Assembly: GCA_030141605.1 (NCBI GenBank)
Contig: JAQGDQ010000034.1
Coordinates: 496,001-560,000 of the forward strand
DNA from: Tubiluchus corallicola
Lineage: Eukaryota > Animalia > Priapulida
Reading direction: 5' to 3'
DNA: 64,000 nt
Shown in pieces: positions 50,900 through 58,800 of the stretch. The translations under genes were made by a program, and so were the position numbers. The first letter of the stretch is position 1, and every line of letters starts with the position of its first letter. The notes under the pieces are model-generated. The model saw nothing but the letters and a program-made list of their open reading frames with translations, searched no databases and was not told the DNA's origin.

Positions 50900-51672
50900 C
50901 TAGTAAAGGATCCGCAAAAAATTTGCGTATAAATACACATATAATCAAAAATACGCGAACATCCTACCTAGTCCTCATTTATAACGCAAAGCCAGCAGCA
51001 GCAGCTTTTACCGAATTGAAGTTATAAGGTTATAGACAGAGTATAATGGATGACGTCACAACAATGGCTTTGCGTCAGCAGTTTTCTAAGCGAGAATTGA
51101 CAAAAATAGAACATCTCATTAGCTCGTCGATACTCCTCTCGGTGGACGTGTCCTAAAATGCAGCCTACATCATCGTATAGCCCTGTTCTTCCTCTTTCTA
51201 AATAGCTAATATCTCCTTCCGAGAGTCCCATCAGGCGTCGCCAGAACGTTTTTTCTGCAGGCTGTTTGGCCAAAATTTTGAAAAAAGCCGGAGTTGGGTC
51301 CAGGAAAAGGCCCGTTACGGGACTCTGTGGCCCTCTCGCGAATTCTAAATATGCCTACTACACCCACCGCTAAACGGGTCATCTATCCATGGCCAGCATC
51401 ACCCTCGGCCCGTTCCCGTTCTTCAGATCTCAGATCTATAATTTTGGGAAAAATGGTGGAAAAACTTTTATTTTTGGAAGTTTTTTGCCCACCATTCCTC
51501 ACAGTGGACCCAATTCGAAAATTAAACCCCGAATGGCACGACACTAGATCGGGACCTTTCGTTTGACATATAGATCACCGCAAATGGTGCCGTCGTCGGA
51601 GCTGTAGCCTCGAATCTTATATATATATATATAAATATATTAAGCCCATACCAGTAGAATTAATATATGCGA
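50900..51672 (-). mobile_element. Non-autonomous Helitron, copy 1
   Basis: The minus strand starts TC(gcatatattaattctactgg) and ends with hairpin cgcaaa-tt-ttttgcg, then 9 nt, then CTAG|T. Confidence 0.85.
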
Positions 51673-52651
51673 CTAGCAAAGGCCCCGCAAAAAAATTTGC
51701 TTATAAAATTAATACACTTATAATCAATAATACGCGAAAATCCTACACAGTCCTCATTTGTAACGCAAAGCCCATAGCAGCAGCTTTTACTGAATTAAAG
51801 CTAGGGGCAGAGTATAATGGATGACATCAGGACAATGGCTTTGCGTCAGCAGTTTTTCAAGCGAAAATTGCCAAAAATAGAACATTTATTTAACTCGTCG
51901 ATACTCCTCTGAGCGGACGTGTCCTAAAATGTAGCCCACATCATCGTGTAGCCCTGTTCTACCTCTTTCTAAAGAGCTATATATCTCTTTCCGAAAGTCC
52001 CACTAGGCGCTGCTAGAATGTTTCTACAGGCTGTTTGAGCAAAATTTCGAAAAAATCGCGAGTTGGGTCAGGGAAAACGCCCTTTATGGGACGCCGTGGC
52101 CCTTAACTCGTCGGTATTCCTCTCAGTGGACCTGTCCTAGCACATAGCCCACATCGCCGTGTAGCCCTGTTCTTCCTCTTTCTAAAGAGCCATATATCTC
52201 CTTCCGAGAGTCCCACCGGGCGCCGCTAGAACGTTTTTTCCGCATGCTGTTTGGTCAAAATTTCGAAAAAATCGCGAGTTGGGTCCGGGAAAACGCCCGT
52301 TGCGGGACCCCGTGGCCCTCTCGCGAATTCTAAATATGCCTACTACACCCACCGCTGAACGGGCCATCTATCCATACCCAGTACCACCCTCGGCCCGTTC
52401 CCGTTCTTCAGAAATAAGAGGTATAAGTTTTGCAAAAAACGGCCGAAAAATGGCCATTTTTGGAGGTTTTTCGCCCCCCCCCATTCCTCCCGGTGGGCCC
52501 AATTCGAAAAATAAACCATCAATGGCACGACACTAGATCGAGACCTTTCGTTTGATGTATAGATCGCCGCAAATGGTGCCCTCGTCGGAGCTGTAGCCTC
52601 GAATCTTATATATAAATATATATACCAGGAATATTAATATAAGAGTATAGA
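51673..52651 (-). mobile_element. Non-autonomous Helitron, copy 2 (with ~210-bp internal duplication), head-to-tail with copy 1
   Basis: The minus strand starts A|TCTATACTCTTATATTAAT and ends with a gcaaatttttttgc hairpin plus CTAG joined directly to the TC of copy 1. Block about 51890-52100 is repeated at about 52103-52318. Confidence 0.87.
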
Positions 52652-52856
52652 TGTAAACTTTGCTAGAAAACAATAGAAGCACAGAAAACAATCGGTGTCG
52701 TAACAACAGTGCGTTCTATAATTTTCCTAATCCTGCCAAGTGATACGAACTCACTTTTCTGAAAGGTTAGACATCACATAATTTGATGCTCTTGGCTCAA
52801 GCAATTCGTATTCAGTATCTCCTACAGTATCGAATACTGATGACAAAATATTTGCA

Positions 52857-55800
52857 ATGGCAAAATTTTGGATTGCACTGGTACTGTGTTTCAGTTCTCT
52901 TCCAAAACTTTGTCTAAACACAGTGACATTTTACCTGGGATGTTATGTAAGATGGGCTGACTTGGACATACCGGATATACCATCTTACATGGATGTATGT
53001 GCTGATTATTGCAACGAAAACAACAGTAAGTATGCCCTAATGGGTAAGACGTGTGGATGCTCTAGAAAGTACAGTACAGAGACGTCACTTGCAGGCAATG
53101 AAAGTTATTGTGCCACACGTTGTAATACACGTAACCTCAATAAAAACTACGTGTGTGGCAGGAAAACACATTGGAGTGTTTACGTCGTAGGTGACAGATG
53201 CCCAAATCGTACAATGACTGGAATTAATTGTAAACAAAATAAGGTTGAAGGCTTAACTATAGTTACAAATAAACTTAATACAAGTTTCACACGTTCTTAT
53301 TATCGTGTTATCATATATGCAGAACAATTGTCTTCAGATGTAACTTTTGTTTTGAACTTGGGACGCGATAAATCACACGCATTGAATTATTCCCATTTTT
53401 TCCCTGCAAATTTAATTCACAATTATCCAGAGAAATATGACTTGCAGTTGGTGAGCAACTTACTAAATGGATCAATACGGGGTTTCTTTTATCAGTGTGA
53501 CTATGGATTCACGAAAGGTTCTCACAAGATTAACATTACGGGTTCGTTGTGGAAGCACAACAACATCTGGAGCGCATTGGATACTGTAAATGTTGTTGTG
53601 CTGTGCAACGTAGATGTGATTATCATTAATGCTGGTTACAATAAAGATAACCCAACTAAATTTAAAGAAGCAGAAGCATTTAATCTGACAACCTCTGTGA
53701 CTGTACCCAACTGTTCCATAAATTATTCCATGTCTCTCGTCTGGCATTTCAGTTTGGTGCCAGAGTCAGATATGGATTCTTGTCTGAAAGGAAGTCAACT
53801 TGCAAACGAGACAACTCTAGAAACAGATTCTGATAAGTTTATCACAGTAGACACTGGCATTCTAGCACCAGGTACATACACTGTCAGCCTTACACCAACA
53901 TTCACTTTAACACAGAGCGGCTTGAATAGTAAAAGCTATAAGCCTACCAGCACATTGGGATGGATTATTATCTCCAGTAAGCTAGAACCTATTATTGCTG
54001 GAGAATTTCTTAGAAACATAAGCTGGAAAGACAATCTAACAATGGATGCGTCAGCTTCTTATGATGCCTGTGTGGCAACTAATGGAGTCGACACTAACCT
54101 AACTTACAAGTGGAGCTGTTATATAGCGCTAGATATGTTTAGCTATTCGTTCACAACGGGGATTGGCTGCATCGAACGTAACACTACTGCTCTTTCATTT
54201 AATAAACCAACTTTTACAATTTCAGCCAAAACTTTTCCACAAGATTCAGTTTTAGTATTCACGCTTGAGTTGGGGAAGCCTAATCGGCCGTCAGAAATAA
54301 AACAACAAGTAGTAAAAGTGATACCAGCAGGAGCCGAAATTATCCAAATAAATTGTTTAAAAAACTGCAGACGCAGTGTGAACAAAGCTGAAAGCCTAAT
54401 CCTGCAAAGCGTTTGTGTAAGCTGTAATAACGATACTTTATCAACTGGTATCTATTATTGGACTCTAAGAGCAAGATCCTTGCTAAATGATGGTAGCACT
54501 CTCTTAAATATTACAGCATTTGCCATTGTCAGCAAGGGAACTGATGTAATTGTCCTGAAAAAAGATGTTTTCACTCCAGGACATGTGTATCTGATAGAAG
54601 TGAAGGGTGGTCCTGCTATTAGTATTCCAGGAACGGCCTTTTATGAAGTGTTTGTTTATGAGCCACCACCATTCAAAACTGCCTGTTCTGTTATTCCAAG
54701 CGAAGGAATAGCACTGAAAACAAAATTTTCGTTACAATGCGACAATAGTAGCTTCGTCAGCACCTTCTTCACCTATGATTTTTATTACAGAAATTTTGCA
54801 GGAAAGACTGAAATGAAAGGGTCTAAAGGAGATTTTTTATACAGCAGTACAGAGCCCATACTTCCGCCGATAACTCTTCCAGCTGGAGAAGGTAAGATTT
54901 TGCTTCAAGCAACGAATATTAGAAAAGAAACATTTTTAGTTGAATATAATGTTACAGTTTTACCATTTCTATGTAACGAAACTGACAAGGTATCAGAAGT
55001 TGAATGCAAAACATACATTTTAAATGTTTTGAAGAATCTGACATCTTTGACAAGTATGAAAAATGAAACAGACATTCTTGATTTTATTCAGACTTTGAAA
55101 GTTATAATGGAGGAAGTAAGTAAAATAAGAAAACAAAATGAAACAGAAGACCCTGAATTTGTACAGAAAGTTACTGAGATGAAATCTGAGATCCAAACGT
55201 TGGTGGCAAATCAACTTATTCAAGTTCCTGTGTCCACTCACAAAGTTATGAAATTCCTATCATCAATGATGAGCCAAGTCATCACTTCTGATGCCGACCT
55301 AAATCCAGAAATCATAGTACCTATCACTGCGAAGTTTCACGATATTGCAACATTTATGAAACAAAGCGCAGAAGATATAAACGTGAATGATTTAGAAGAT
55401 ACTACAAGTGCTCTTCTGCTTGCGGTATCCATTATTCTTGGTGAAATTACTAAACGAACTAGCAAATCTAATGATGAAAAATTTAAACAACTTTCAAAAA
55501 GAGAACTTCAAAATACATTTCCTCACAAACGCGAAAATGTTACACAGGTTAAAAATATAATTCTGAAATCAATTGACACGATTCAAAATGCAGCATCAGC
55601 TACTTTACGTCATAAAATTGTATATGATGAACCAACTACTTTCACGACAAATCTATTAACGCTTAGAGTAGCACGGCAAAAGATTAGTCATTTAGGAGGT
55701 TCGGAACTGCAGTTAAATGGTTTTGGTCATTTTCAGTTGCCTTCAGCTGCAGCCCTTTCAAAAATGCAAGAACACGAAGATGAACTAGAATTAGAGATTT

Positions 55801-58800
55801 TGTCCATAAAACAAAATATATTCACACCTTTTGAGTCGACGCTTCACAGTAGCATTCCTATTGCAAGTTTATCTATTGGCAGACAGCTGAGGCATTCTAG
55901 AACTGAATTTGATGAACTTTCTGAGCCCTTAGAATTTTTCATGGACGTTGCAGCTGATGCAAAGTACTCAAAATCATCTTTTGTGAAACTTGAAAATCAT
56001 TTGTTTAACAAGTACATCACTGTTCACTCATTTGTTCTTACTGCTCATACTACAGCTATAATGTCTTTTCAAGACATGCCTGTCGGAGTTGCATTAAAGG
56101 TCGTTACCAAAAAAGGCAAAAGACCTGTGATTGAAAACTTCAATGATGGTTCCACTGTTTTTCACATTCCTGCCATAAATGGAGGCTATTATAGTAGACA
56201 GTTTGCTGACAATATTGTGAGTTTCCATAATGAACAGAACGTATCCATTAAGTATTTCATTGGCATTTTATTTGACTCTTATTATGAGCCTTCGTGCTTC
56301 CATCCATCTCTTAGATGTAAGTCCGAAAATGTTGAGTGCATGGCAGGGATCTACAGCGATTGTGATGGCAGCCTACATGAAGCTACGTGCAAAGTAAATG
56401 CAAGTAGTATTTGCAGTGTAGATAACTGCATGCAGAAGTATGCATGCTATAATGATTGGGTTGAAAACTGTAAAAATATATCTCGTTATTGTGATTCGCA
56501 GCACAGACAATGTCTGTCTGTGCTAGACTACAAATGCAGTAAACATAATGTGAAATGCTCTCATGATTGCAGTACATCTCTCGAAATTGAAACTTGTCTT
56601 CAGATTTGTACGAAAAAGCATCAGCGGTGTCGCCAGAGTTCTCAATCCAAGTGCGAAACTGTAAAAAGTTGTGTTAGGAATAGTGACTCTGCTTGTATTG
56701 ATACACTGCTTGTTGAAACCAAGGCACAGCATTGTAGATATATGATGCTGAAATGTGACGAACAGTCGGCAGGTGAGTGTGACACAAATTTTATTTCTTG
56801 TAATGCAACATGTTATCAATGTCTGCCTAAATGTGATGCAGAAGTTACACAAAATTGTGTCAAAGCCTGCAAAAACCTACGCACATCTTGTTATTCAATG
56901 GCTAATCAAGTATGCAGGCAATACGTAATTAAGAACAATGATAATTGTGCTAATATTCCATGGAAAACAAATGAAGAGCAAAACGAAGCTGCAACTCCTG
57001 CATTTCAGGAGCCAGATTTGACATATTTTGCGTTTTTACATACAGCTGATATTAAGGATAGTGGTACCAAGGCACGCGTGTATCTTAGACTTCATGGTAA
57101 TCGCAGAATTACAAATGAGCTGCTGCTTTCTAAAAGAACGTTTAAACGAGCTACAGTTGAAAAATTTACAATAGAGTCAAAGTCAATTGGAAAATTGGAA
57201 AAAATTACTGTTTGGCACAATAACCAGGGAATAGGAGCAGGGTGGCTCCTGGAAAAGATAGTTGTCAAGGATGAACAGCTAGAGTTTACTTGTCCCTGTA
57301 TGACTTGGCTGGCTGGTAGCCCATTAGAAAACGAAAAAATATTTTCCTGCTACGTGGTTGCAAATTTAACTCCTACTGTTAACCCACCCATACAACGTGT
57401 TGACTTCAATCTCAGCTTTTACTCAGTAAAGTGTCTATATTGGAACATATCATTGTACAATTGGTTGGACGGGGGGTGCTTTGTGGGCCCATTAACAACG
57501 CCAAGTCGAATTCATTGTAAATGCTATCATATGACCATATTTACTGGAGCCATTGTTGTAAAACCAAATCAGATTGATCCATTTGAAGATGTTGTTCTGT
57601 TTGCGACATTTTTTGACAATCCCGTAATTATTGTGTTCATGGTGGTTGTGTGGTTGTTGTATTTGACCTTGCTTATCTATGCAAGGAAAAATGATCAAAA
57701 GGATACCACGCGGGTAGGTGTGACAGTACTGGAAGACAATAATCCCATTGACAAATATACATACCTCATCATTACGTTCACAGGATTGAGGCAAGGTGCA
57801 GGGACAACTGCTAAAGTTACATTTTTAATCGAAGGAAAAAATGGAAATAGTTTGCCTATTAAGCTTTATCATAAAGACAGATCAACATTTGACAGCGGAG
57901 CTGACGATTGGTTTCTGATGACTACACATCAATGTCTTGGCGAAATTACTGCTATCGAAATATGGCATGATAATTCTGGATATGATCCTAATTGGTTTCT
58001 AAAACTAGTCATTTTAAAAGACGTACAAACAAATGCAGTCTGGTGTTTTCCCTACAATAACTGGCTAGCTATTGATCGTGGCCCACAGACTGTGAAGTGT
58101 AGGCTCTTCCCAGCCTTCAAACATGAACTTGTGAGGTTTACTCACATCTTTGCTTATAGAGCTTTGCGAGGCTTTAGAGACGGCCACTTGTGGGCAAGTG
58201 TGTTTTACAGACCACCTAGAAGTAGTTTTACAAGAGTTCAAAGGCTATCATGTGCTTTGTCATTGATGCTGACTGCCATGCTTTCCAACATTATGTTTTA
58301 CGGGATAGCCACCAATAAGCCTGAGACTCAAATAATAATAGGGGACATTCAGTTATCTTGGACTCAAATTTATATTGGTGTTGCAAGTGTCTTACTTACT
58401 TTTCCAATCAACATACTTATTGTTCAAATGTTTCGCTATACAAAACCATACCAAGGCAAAAGTGTCAAGCATTTTTCTTTTGGATGGTGCTTTAAAAGAA
58501 ATCGAGATTATACAGGAACACAGAGCTTATCTGAGAGCGATTTTACAAGAAAACGTGAACAAACAGCGAAAGAAAATGTTATCTTATTTAAGAGTGAAAA
58601 CGATTGGCTTAAGTGGATAAATAATACCAGACAGATCGAATTTGAAACCTTAAAAGAAATACAGCAAAATATTTTGGAGGCAAGAAGAATTATAGAAATT
58701 CTGCCAAAGCGCGTTCCTGCATTAGATCAAAACAGACGTTCGACTAGAAAATCTGTAATATCTCTGAAAAGAAATCCCTACATTTATTCCACACATATTA

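Noticed and set aside
51022-52536. Duplicated 61-90-aa ORFs (e.g. MGPGK...)
   Set aside because: They lie inside non-autonomous Helitron copies, are not frame-conserved between copies, and lack Rep/helicase motifs.
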